This document shows positions 55,703 through 63,558 of a stretch of DNA of 64,000 nucleotides, piece by piece; the stretch's first letter is position 1, and every line of letters begins with the position of its first letter. The position numbers were made by a program, and so were the translations under genes. The notes beneath the pieces were generated by a model, which was given only the letters and a program-made list of their open reading frames with translations, made no database searches and was not told the DNA's origin. The stretch covers positions 142,529-206,528 of the IMG/VR virus record IMGVR_UViG_3300025364_000003; one strand, 5' to 3'.

Positions 55703-56548
55703 ATGAGCAATAAACTAAGATGGAAAAAATTAGCAGGACTTCTTACTGAAGGATATGAAGATCGCTGGCCTTCCCGTGAAGACGAAGAAGAAGAATTGGC
55801 CGATCTAAAATCAAAAGCAGAACCAAGACTTCCTCGAACTGTTGTTGTTGATGATGAAGAATATATTGGTGGTCGTCGGGCACCAGCCTGGATGCGTTCG
55901 GACTACGATCCAAAGAGTGATTCATATGCTTTTGATCTTGACTACAACCCGTATAAAGAATTAGATGAGCAAGTTGACATGGTTGCAGATATGAATGCGC
56001 CAGTTGAACCAGTAATTTCTGGACTTGCTCCTATCTCAAGTTTGGAGCAACAAAGAGATGATGTCAGAGATGAAATCGATGATGTCAAGAACTGGCTCGC
56101 TGGATACGTTTCTTATCTTAGAGCAATTCATCTTTGGTTTCACGCAGCTCATCATCTTACCAAAGGCACTGGATTCGCTGGTGACCATGAAGACCTTTAT
56201 GGAAGGATATATACTGAAGTCCAAGATGAGATTGATGGCGCCATAGAAAAAGCTGTCGGTGTTACCAACGATGAATTGCTTGCTTGCCCTCTGATGATTA
56301 CAAGCAACGCTGTTGAAATAATGGAAGAAGCAGGTTGTAAGGTAAGCGACAGTGCTCACAATATCGCAAAAGCCGGACTTCGTCTTGAAAAAGCTTATAT
56401 AAAATTTGTTGAGGAAATGTTTGCAACTTTGGAAGAAATGGATGCCATGACGCTTGGTTTGAATGATCAACTTGCATCATCAGCCAACACTCACGAGACG
56501 TATGTTTATCTTCTTCAGCAAAGAGTTAAGGATAGCAAAAAATTGTGA
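55703..56548 (+). CDS. Dps/ferritin-like domain protein with RWKKLAGL leader
   Basis: HLWFHAAHHLTKGTGFAGDHEDLYGRIY...IDGAIEK...HETYVYLL. Confidence 0.7.
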   Translation: MSNKLRWKKLAGLLTEGYEDRWPSREDEEEELADLKSKAEPRLPRTVVVDDEEYIGGRRAPAWMRSDYDPKSDSYAFDLDYNPYKELDEQVDMVADMNAPVEPVISGLAPISSLEQQRDDVRDEIDDVKNWLAGYVSYLRAIHLWFHAAHHLTKGTGFAGDHEDLYGRIYTEVQDEIDGAIEKAVGVTNDELLACPLMITSNAVEIMEEAGCKVSDSAHNIAKAGLRLEKAYIKFVEEMFATLEEMDAMTLGLNDQLASSANTHETYVYLLQQRVKDSKKL

Positions 56549-56551
56549 TAA

Positions 56552-56941
56552 TTAAACTACTTTTTTAACTCTCAAAGCACATCTTTCTGGTTTCAAACCA
56601 TTTAACCAGCCTCTTGATGTTTCTACAACATATTTGACCGGGGGAGTCTTGTAAAGTGTTTGTGTTCCTGATTTCATGGGAATAAAACAAACCAAATGGC
56701 CATTTTTATCAAATCCAAGCAAATCTAAATCAAACATTACATTATTCATGTGAAAATGGCGAGAAGATTCTTCATCAAACAAAAACAATAAGCCTTCGCC
56801 TGGTTTTGGAATGTCTTTTTCGAATTGATATCCGCAGGCTCTTTCGGCATCGGTGCTAAGCACACGCATTTTAATTGGTGCGTCACCAATTCTTCCATGA
56901 CAAAAAACGTGCATAAACGTAATTAGGACAAAGTAAGACAT
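56552..56941 (-). CDS. DUF192 (UPF0127)-like protein
   Basis: EGLLFLF, FHMNNVMFDLDLLGFD, YVVETSRG. Confidence 0.75.
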   Translation of the reverse strand: MSYFVLITFMHVFCHGRIGDAPIKMRVLSTDAERACGYQFEKDIPKPGEGLLFLFDEESSRHFHMNNVMFDLDLLGFDKNGHLVCFIPMKSGTQTLYKTPPVKYVVETSRGWLNGLKPERCALRVKKVV

Positions 56942-57022
56942 GGAGTTCGATGATAAACTTTTTTATTTGACTATTTATATCTACAGGATTTCATACGAAT
57001 CTTCAAAAAACCGTTGCAACCA

Positions 57023-57029
57023 CTATTTA
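57023..57029 (+). promoter_or_regulatory. Candidate late-promoter element CTATTTA (representative copy, upstream of tail tube)
   Basis: CTA(A/C/T)TTA recurs within ~7-60 nt upstream of many virion genes (see findings). Confidence 0.5.
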
Positions 57030-57056
57030 AGCAAAGGAACAGTCGGAGAATAAACA

Positions 57057-57548
57057 ATGGCAGAGACACTTACAGTAACAGATATGCTTCCTACTAAGTT
57101 TGAACCACTTGCAAAACGTAGGTTCTTGCTTGCTATTGAAGGCATTGACTCCTTTATCGTAAAAACCGCAGCTAGACCAACATACACCACAGAGGAAATT
57201 ACAGTCAACTGGATCAACCACACTCGTTACCTCGCAGGTAAGACAACCTTCAGTACAATTTCAGTAACTCTTCACGATCCAATCGCACCTGCTGGTGCGC
57301 AGCAAGTTATGGAGTGGGTGCGTCTTTGCTTTGAATCTGTTTCTGGCCGTGGTGGTTACGCTGATTTCTACAAGCGTGACATCCAACTCAAGATGCTTGA
57401 CCCAGTTGGTACCGTAGTTCAACTTTGGGACATCAAGGGTGCATTCATTACAGAAGCAAACTTCAACGACGTTTCCTATGATTCAACTGCTGACCTTGCA
57501 GAAATCTCATTGACCATTCGCTTCGATAACGCAGTTTTGCAGTTTTAA
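57057..57548 (+). CDS. gp19: Tail tube protein, T4 gp19-like
   Basis: FEPLAKRRF, TLHDPIAPAGAQQVMEW, YKRDIQLKMLDPVG.VV..W.IKGAF, LTIRFD. Confidence 0.9.
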   Translation: MAETLTVTDMLPTKFEPLAKRRFLLAIEGIDSFIVKTAARPTYTTEEITVNWINHTRYLAGKTTFSTISVTLHDPIAPAGAQQVMEWVRLCFESVSGRGGYADFYKRDIQLKMLDPVGTVVQLWDIKGAFITEANFNDVSYDSTADLAEISLTIRFDNAVLQF

Positions 57549-57589
57549 AATATATTTGTTCGCAGTACACAAATATCAAACAACATGGT

Positions 57590-57623
57590 AAACTCTCCTT
57601 AGAAGACAGTTCAAGGAGAGTTT
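57590..57623 (+). promoter_or_regulatory. Hairpin sequestering the SD of the downstream HNH gene
   Basis: AAACTCTCCTT (57590-57600) pairs with AAGGAGAGTTT (57613-57623); GTG start at 57625. Confidence 0.7.
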
Positions 57624-57624
57624 T

Positions 57625-58470
57625 GTGTTTAAGTGCCCTTTGTGCAAAAACCAATATGAAAAACTTATTTCTTTGTCTGTCCATTACAGAAAAGGGCACA
57701 AGAAAAAGTCAAAAGATTTAATTGTTGACTTGTATTACAATGGCAGAGAGCCCACGTGTGCTTGTGGTTGTGGCGGGGAAGTAAAATTTCTTGATATAAC
57801 TCGTGGGTTTCGTGAATTTATTCATGGACACGCAGCACGCATACCAGAAAAAAATAATTTTGTTTCAAACAAAGCCCAACAAAACAGCGCTAAAACACGT
57901 AAAAAGATGATTGAAAGTGGAGGCTGGAAACCATTTCACCTAAAAGAAACTAGTGAACATTGGGGCAAAGGTTTATCAAAAGAAACCGACGACCGCATAG
58001 CCAAAATGGCTAACTCCATTAAAACAAATAAAGTTGAAATTGAAAAACGTTCAAAACGTATGCGCAAAGGACGTTTAGATGGAACAATACCGACACTTCA
58101 CAAAGAGAACCATAGCCAATGGAAAGGTGGTATCAGCCCACTAAATCAATATTGTCGTAGTAGTATTAAACTTTATTCAAATTGGAAATATCCTTTGCTT
58201 AAAGCGGCAAAATTTCAATGTGTCATGTGTAAAAAACCTGGTCCTGGCTTGGAAATACATCACAACAAAGAAACAATGTCTTCCATAATTCGTAAATTTG
58301 CTAAAAAATTTAAATGGGATCATTATTACAACAGCAATGCACCAGCAAATGATCAAAATTTGATTAATATCAAAGATCAAATTGCAGAAGCCGTTGCTGA
58401 CTACCACATTCAAAACAATGTGTCCGGCGTTGTCCTGTGTTCCAAATGTCACAGTAAAGAACATAACTAA
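57625..58470 (+). CDS. Free-standing HNH-type homing endonuclease with N-terminal zinc finger
   Basis: CPLC..HYRKGH, CACGCG..FIHGHA, SQWKGG, CVMC...EIHHNKE...VVLCSKCHSKEH. Confidence 0.8.
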   Translation: MFKCPLCKNQYEKLISLSVHYRKGHKKKSKDLIVDLYYNGREPTCACGCGGEVKFLDITRGFREFIHGHAARIPEKNNFVSNKAQQNSAKTRKKMIESGGWKPFHLKETSEHWGKGLSKETDDRIAKMANSIKTNKVEIEKRSKRMRKGRLDGTIPTLHKENHSQWKGGISPLNQYCRSSIKLYSNWKYPLLKAAKFQCVMCKKPGPGLEIHHNKETMSSIIRKFAKKFKWDHYYNSNAPANDQNLINIKDQIAEAVADYHIQNNVSGVVLCSKCHSKEHN

Positions 58471-58489
58471 TTTCAGCTTTGCAACCCAG

Positions 58490-58520
58490 AAAAGACCTGG
58501 CCAAAAGCCAGGTCTTTTCT
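58490..58520 (+). terminator. Intrinsic terminator
   Basis: AAAAGACCTGGC-CAAAA-GCCAGGTCTTTT. Confidence 0.8.
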
Positions 58521-58543
58521 ATTTAAGCTTGTCGGAGTATGAA

Positions 58544-58849
58544 ATGAAAATAACCAAGTCACAACTTAGAGAAATGATCCGAGAAGCCATCAATGAACAG
58601 GTTGGCGGAAACGATATTCTACAACAAGACTTAGGAGGAGAAGGAAAAGAGCTTCTCGATACTTTTATTCAATCTATGGATGAAGCAGTACAAGCTTGGT
58701 ACGCATTACACTATTGGCTTGAACCGTCTGAAGAAGCAGATGTAGCAATGTTACAAGAGTTAGGTAAGGAAGTCGGGAATTTTATTGTTGATGAGAACTT
58801 GACTGCATGGCTTAACAGCCTTGCAGAAAAAGCAAAAGCTGACAAGTAA
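58544..58849 (+). CDS. Hypothetical protein with KITKSQLRE leader
   Basis: ATG 58544 with GGAG SD: MKITKSQLREMIREAINEQ. Confidence 0.7.
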   Translation: MKITKSQLREMIREAINEQVGGNDILQQDLGGEGKELLDTFIQSMDEAVQAWYALHYWLEPSEEADVAMLQELGKEVGNFIVDENLTAWLNSLAEKAKADK

Positions 58850-58874
58850 GACATTTTGAATCTAATTGATGTTT

Positions 58875-58903
58875 GCCATACTCATAGTATGGCTTTTTCT
58901 TTT
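58875..58903 (+). terminator. Probable intrinsic terminator
   Basis: GCCATAC-TCATA-GTATGGC followed by TTTTTCTTTT. Confidence 0.6.
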
Positions 58904-58925
58904 AAAAATTCCTGGAATATTTTTA

Positions 58926-59317
58926 ATGTTTAGTTCTGAAGGTGTGCTCAAGTATTTCATAATTGACGAAAGCAATTATAAGCTAACGCTTTTGGTCGAT
59001 ACGGAGATTGCTCGTTATTATCGTAATTTCGTTCCAAAGTCTCAGAAGTGTCGGCCTGGTCGTTATGCACCTCATATTACAGTTGTTAGAAATGAACGAC
59101 CTTTGAATATGAAAAAGTGGGGCTTGTATGAGAACAAAGTGATTAGCTTTGAGTATGAACCCTACATTTGGTATGATGAAACTTATTGGTGGCTTAATTG
59201 CCACTCTTCCTTCTTGAAAAAACAAGAGAAGAACTTGGATTACCAAAATGGGCAAAGTGGAACATGCCTCCAAGTGGAAAAGCTTGTTTTCATATGACAA
59301 TAGGCAATTCAAAATAG
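58926..59317 (+). pseudogene. 2H-phosphoesterase-family protein split by a -1 frameshift at A6 (59217-59222)
   Basis: First motif APHITVV; the -1 frame continues TREELGLP...CFHMTIGNSK*, supplying the second HxT. Confidence 0.7.
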
Positions 59318-59360
59318 GAACAACCATTCAGTATCCGCTAGTTAAGCTTATAGGATTATC

Positions 59361-59573
59361 GTGGCCAAAATCTTAAAAGAGCGATGGATGAAATTGGCTG
59401 GCTTACTCAAGGAAGCTGATGATTTGGAAATTGATATACAGGATTCAGATGATTCATCTTCTGAGTGGCAGAGAGACAAAAAACGCTCTGATGAAGAAGA
59501 GCCTGGTTGGGATCCTGCTGATGAAGATGAATGGCTTGCAGAAGAATTAGGTTCTTGGCATTCGGAAGGTTGA
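59361..59573 (+). CDS. Small acidic protein with RWMKLAGL leader
   Basis: MAKILKERWMKLAGLLKE followed by a D/E-rich tail. Confidence 0.7.
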   Translation: MAKILKERWMKLAGLLKEADDLEIDIQDSDDSSSEWQRDKKRSDEEEPGWDPADEDEWLAEELGSWHSEG

Positions 59574-59574
59574 T

Positions 59575-60033
59575 ATGAATAAAATAAACAAAAACAGATG
59601 GCAACAGCTCGCTGGACTCAAGGAGTCTTCTGTAGGAACAGAAGAAAGAGAACGGCTTAATGAAGGTTTTATGAATCTTGGAATGGCAAGTCCAGCACCA
59701 ATGGGTAATCCATTCGGCAATCGTCCTAAACAACCGGAATACAATTTTGAGGGAATTTTAGAAGAGATGGCTCCAGAATTGGATCCTGATAAAATTGAAG
59801 TTGAGCCTGATGAAGACCACGAGGGTTCTATGGCCAGAGGTCAACTTGAAAAAATCCGCAAATATTCCAAAGAATTGCTTTTAAAGCTTCCAGAAGATGC
59901 GCAACTTGAAGCTTGGGTGCAAAGCAAGCTTACTCTCGCAGCAGAAATGATGGACGTTGTAGCACACTATCTTCAAGATGAAGCTGGCGATGATCAGGAT
60001 GATGAGCACGGCCTCGAAAAAGATGTCAAATAA
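59575..60033 (+). CDS. Conserved phage protein with RWQQLAGL leader
   Basis: MNKINKNRWQQLAGLKE; DHEGSMARGQL...EAWVQSKLTLA. Confidence 0.7.
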   Translation: MNKINKNRWQQLAGLKESSVGTEERERLNEGFMNLGMASPAPMGNPFGNRPKQPEYNFEGILEEMAPELDPDKIEVEPDEDHEGSMARGQLEKIRKYSKELLLKLPEDAQLEAWVQSKLTLAAEMMDVVAHYLQDEAGDDQDDEHGLEKDVK

Positions 60034-60720
60034 AATAATAAAAGAGAGATGGCAGCGGCTTGCTGGTATTGTTAAAGAATCGTCTTATCACATGGCCAAA
60101 CATGACCATGTTGCAAGTGTTGTTAATAAACATGTGGCTGGCCTAATCAAAGACCTTGAGCTTGATCCAGTAGATGCCCCAGAAGTCTTCGATGATCTTA
60201 CTCATAACATTAAACGATATCTCTCTTCCGTACTAGGAGAATCAACATCTTCGATAGCTGAAAGAACATCACCTGAAGCGGCCCAGGACGTCGCTGCTTA
60301 CTTTGGAACTAATGATTCGGTAGATGGGCCATATAAAAAAGTTTCGGCTTTACAGCCCTTCCAAGACGCCAAACATCGTAAGAAATTTTTAAAAGCCATA
60401 CATGCAGAAGGTGCCTTGGGGAAAGCAAGTATCCGGAGACTGCATCGGAATATGCCGAGCTTCTTAACAAGCAGTCAAAAGGACCATTTAAACTAGTTGT
60501 CGATCCTTCTCATTGGGAACAATATGACGTAAGAACCGGTGAAGATTTAGCAAAATATTTGGCAATTGAGACTTATAGGGATGTATACAAGGATGTTTAC
60601 GGAATTCGTCCTCGGCGTAGTCTGGAAGACAAGTCTGTTGAAGAGATCGAAGCTATGATTGATTCTTTGTCGGAAGATTTTGAAGAAGACGACGATTCAT
60701 GGCTGCGCAATATAGACTAA
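60023..60720 (+). pseudogene. Leader-bearing protein split by a -1 frameshift at G4 (60418-60421)
   Basis: MSNKIIKERWQRLAGIVKE...AEGALG; continues in the -1 frame as GESKYPETASEYAELL...VVDPSHWEQY...YKDVYGIRPR...D/E tail to TAA 60720. Confidence 0.65.
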
Positions 60721-60770
60721 ATCAAGAACTCATCGTATGCTAATCGGTAATTAGCAAACAAAGGCAAGCC

Positions 60771-61433
60771 GTGCAAGATACGAAACAAACCTTTTTTAAA
60801 CAGATTGATAGATACTTTAATCGTTCACTTGATGAAGTTGCCTCTAATTTAGAAAAAATTGGCAGCAAACGAACCGATCCAAATTTGAATCAACATGCAT
60901 TTAGAGGGGAAGTAACTTTAGAAGAAGTAGTTCATATAAAACCAAAAGTTTCTAAATTCGTTCCAGGTACTTTGCTTACATCTCCAGAGGGTATTGACAA
61001 CTACGAAGAAAACGATTTTGGCGTTGGTAACTTAACGTGTGCCAGTTCAGAAGAAATGGAAGCAAATATTGTTTTGGGTCCCACGAAAGAGATTTCTGAA
61101 ATTGGGAAAACCAAAAGATTTCTTGTTCCAGAAACTATCATGATTACAGATGAGTTCATACAAATTCGCAAGCACACAACGGTAAAAGCAGCAGAAAATT
61201 TTGAAAAGTCTTGTCATAAAAACATCGTTTTTTATACCGTTAAACATGTTTTACATGTTTTAGACAATAAAAACAAGCTTACTATACCGACTAATATGTT
61301 TAAAGAAGACAATGGACAATTCAGCTCAGATTTGGTAATGTTTGATACATTTGATTATGATCTTGTAATGCATTTATATGACACTGCCAAGCCTGAGGAA
61401 ATTGTGAAACCGTTGTCCATATTCAACAAATAG
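60771..61433 (+). CDS. Hypothetical protein
   Basis: 220-aa ORF followed by a terminator. Confidence 0.6.
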   Translation: MQDTKQTFFKQIDRYFNRSLDEVASNLEKIGSKRTDPNLNQHAFRGEVTLEEVVHIKPKVSKFVPGTLLTSPEGIDNYEENDFGVGNLTCASSEEMEANIVLGPTKEISEIGKTKRFLVPETIMITDEFIQIRKHTTVKAAENFEKSCHKNIVFYTVKHVLHVLDNKNKLTIPTNMFKEDNGQFSSDLVMFDTFDYDLVMHLYDTAKPEEIVKPLSIFNK

Positions 61434-61437
61434 ACAC

Positions 61438-61460
61438 GGCGGCCGAATGGCCGCCTTTTT
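61438..61460 (+). terminator. Intrinsic terminator
   Basis: GGCGGCC-GAAT-GGCCGCC followed by TTTTT. Confidence 0.8.
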
Positions 61461-61472
61461 CTATTTAAATGC

Positions 61473-61721
61473 ATGCTTCAGAAACTTTCAAAACTTTTCA
61501 CCGAACATCCAGGAGAACAGGGAGAAACTTATTGGCAGCACGCTAAATTTGCCCTCGGTGTTTCTTTTCATTTTTTTATTTCTGCTATTTTTTTGATTTT
61601 GCATGCTTTATTTCCTTTTGTTTGCCCACCAAAACCATTTGAATTATCATCGACAATAAACTACTTAACCAAGAAATGCGATAATCGCAAGGCCGATAAA
61701 AGTGGGCCGCCGTATCCATAG
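61473..61721 (+). CDS. DUF6356-like small membrane protein
   Basis: LFTEHP...GETYWQHAKFA, then hydrophobic LILHALFPF. Confidence 0.65.
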   Translation: MLQKLSKLFTEHPGEQGETYWQHAKFALGVSFHFFISAIFLILHALFPFVCPPKPFELSSTINYLTKKCDNRKADKSGPPYP

Positions 61722-61755
61722 TATGGATTTACCAGATTGGTTCGAGGGAAAAAAA

Positions 61756-62571
61756 ATGACAAAAATTCTTAAAGAACGTTGGATGAGATTGGCCGGAGTG
61801 TTACAAGAAAAGACCGAGCCTAATCCAGGCGAAGACCGCCTTAAGGATGCTAAGCATTATGTAAGAAATGCTATGGAAGCACTTCAAACTGCCATCGAAA
61901 AAGGCTTGGATGAAGATCAAGAGATGGCAAAGGAAATTGAGGGCCAGCTTTCAACTGCTTACAAAAAGCTTACTGGTGCCGAAGAAAGCGACCGAAAAAA
62001 CATTGGCGAAGCACAGTTTGCAAAAGATGCGTTAGAAGACATTGAAACACTTTGGCAGCCTAAGCCAGGTGAAGATTATGAACTCGGCGTAGATTATCAG
62101 CAACCTCCAACAATGATTGGTTCGGTTCAAGATGAAGAGTTTTCTTTAGATGATTTTGATCCAGAAGATGAAGGGCTTACCATCAGAGAACCAGGTTACG
62201 AGACTGATCCAGAGTATGATGAGGATCAACTAGGCGATCTTTATGGTTCTACGTGGGAAGAAGAAGAGGAACGTACCCATTGGGGGGAACCGGTATTTAG
62301 AGATACAGATATTGGCAGAAAAAGCGACTTCATTAAGAGAAAAAGCGACTTCATTAAGTCAGAAGATGCCACACAGGCCGAGGATAAGCAATGGAGCAAG
62401 TCGGATTTGCAATACGCTGCGCAATATTTTTGGACAAGCGTTAATCGAAGAGGGAATGATTACGAAGACGCACTAAACTTTGCAAGTAACAATTTCGACA
62501 TTCCAAAAGATGTGCTTGAAAAGGCATATGACGATTTTGAAAAGGAATATGACACGATGTACATCTTTTGA
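61756..62571 (+). CDS. Acidic protein with RWMRLAGV leader
   Basis: ATG 61756: MTKILKERWMRLAGVLQE. Confidence 0.7.
   Translation: MTKILKERWMRLAGVLQEKTEPNPGEDRLKDAKHYVRNAMEALQTAIEKGLDEDQEMAKEIEGQLSTAYKKLTGAEESDRKNIGEAQFAKDALEDIETLWQPKPGEDYELGVDYQQPPTMIGSVQDEEFSLDDFDPEDEGLTIREPGYETDPEYDEDQLGDLYGSTWEEEEERTHWGEPVFRDTDIGRKSDFIKRKSDFIKSEDATQAEDKQWSKSDLQYAAQYFWTSVNRRGNDYEDALNFASNNFDIPKDVLEKAYDDFEKEYDTMYIF
62317..62358 (+). repeat. Perfect 21-nt tandem duplication (RKSDFIK x2)
   Basis: AGAAAAAGCGACTTCATTAAG at 62317-62337 and 62338-62358. Confidence 0.9.
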
Positions 62572-62595
62572 TAGATTAGCGTGCAAATCCCTTTT

Positions 62596-62630
62596 GGCTG
62601 CCCATGTTGTTCATGGGCAGCCTTTTTTTT
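62596..62630 (+). terminator. Intrinsic terminator
   Basis: GGCTGCCCATG-TTGTT-CATGGGCAGCC followed by T8. Confidence 0.88.
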
Positions 62631-62685
62631 GCAGGTTTGTCCTCTTTTAGTGGCTGAGTTTCAAAGGCTCCCTCAACCCACCCTT

Positions 62686-63411
62686 CTAAAAAATTTCTGC
62701 TGCAACAAGCTTTTCTTTGAGTTTTTTGTTTTCAATTTTTAATTTTCTTAACTCCAGGAGGAGTTTTCTGTGTTCACCAGAATGTTCATTTCTATTGAGA
62801 AGCTCAAGATTTTCTATCCTATTATCATCTTTAACTCCATTGATATGATGAACAACCTCATTTGATAAAAGAGGTCTTTTGAGGCTTAGTGCCATAATAG
62901 CTCTATGTTCAAGTATTTCAGGATTTCTTTTTCCATTATGTGTTACTGACATTGGTTTAAGAATTTTTTGTTCTTTTTCTGAAAAGAAGTCAAGTAGACA
63001 TACAATGTACCCAGAACTGTTATAGTGTTTTCCTACCATACCTGTTTTACTTTGACCGCTCCTTATAATTTTCGAACATAACAAACAGATTGACATTTTT
63101 CCTTGTCTGATTTTTCCTATATTTACTGTCCTAACCATTCTCCATTGTTTGCAAATACCACACCTCAGACAGAAAATTCGCCTAATTGAGTTCCCATCTT
63201 TAAATCTTTTAGTTTTATCCCAATTTATGGCTGCTCCATTAGGCAAGTTTTCAATACCTGAATTTATTTTCTTAGTCGATGAAGCAAGTCCTAAATTTTT
63301 TCGTTTCGACCAAACACTTGAAGTGTCAACATTTAATTCTCTTGCTATTTCAGCATTGTTTTTAGACCAGTCAACTTTAGACCAGTCTACTGTCCAAGAT
63401 TTTTTACCCAT
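62686..63411 (-). CDS. HNH homing endonuclease with N-terminal HTH and zinc fingers
   Basis: NAEIARELNV, CLRCGIC, CLLC, EHRAIM..L.RPL..NEVVHHINGVKDDNRIENLEL. Confidence 0.88.
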   Translation of the reverse strand: MGKKSWTVDWSKVDWSKNNAEIARELNVDTSSVWSKRKNLGLASSTKKINSGIENLPNGAAINWDKTKRFKDGNSIRRIFCLRCGICKQWRMVRTVNIGKIRQGKMSICLLCSKIIRSGQSKTGMVGKHYNSSGYIVCLLDFFSEKEQKILKPMSVTHNGKRNPEILEHRAIMALSLKRPLLSNEVVHHINGVKDDNRIENLELLNRNEHSGEHRKLLLELRKLKIENKKLKEKLVAAEIF

Positions 63412-63558
63412 ACAATTAAATATGATCCACTGGATAAAACATTCGACGTGTTAATTCGCAACTGTTATTAACATCTAAATCCCTTTTTTCCAATATGATT
63501 TAGATTTTTTGGCTGTTTTTGGTTGTTTTTTGCGTCCCTGGGTTTAAGCCCAGGTGAA

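Noticed and set aside
36858-57548. Bacterial contractile injection system (eCIS/T6SS/tailocin) instead of a phage
   Set aside because: A gp23-like capsid, scaffold, neck and head-completion genes are present, which those systems lack.
63473-63555. Two hairpins between the HNH and actin-like genes
   Set aside because: The U-tract is on the wrong side for a minus-strand terminator, and the second stem has a long loop; function unsupported.
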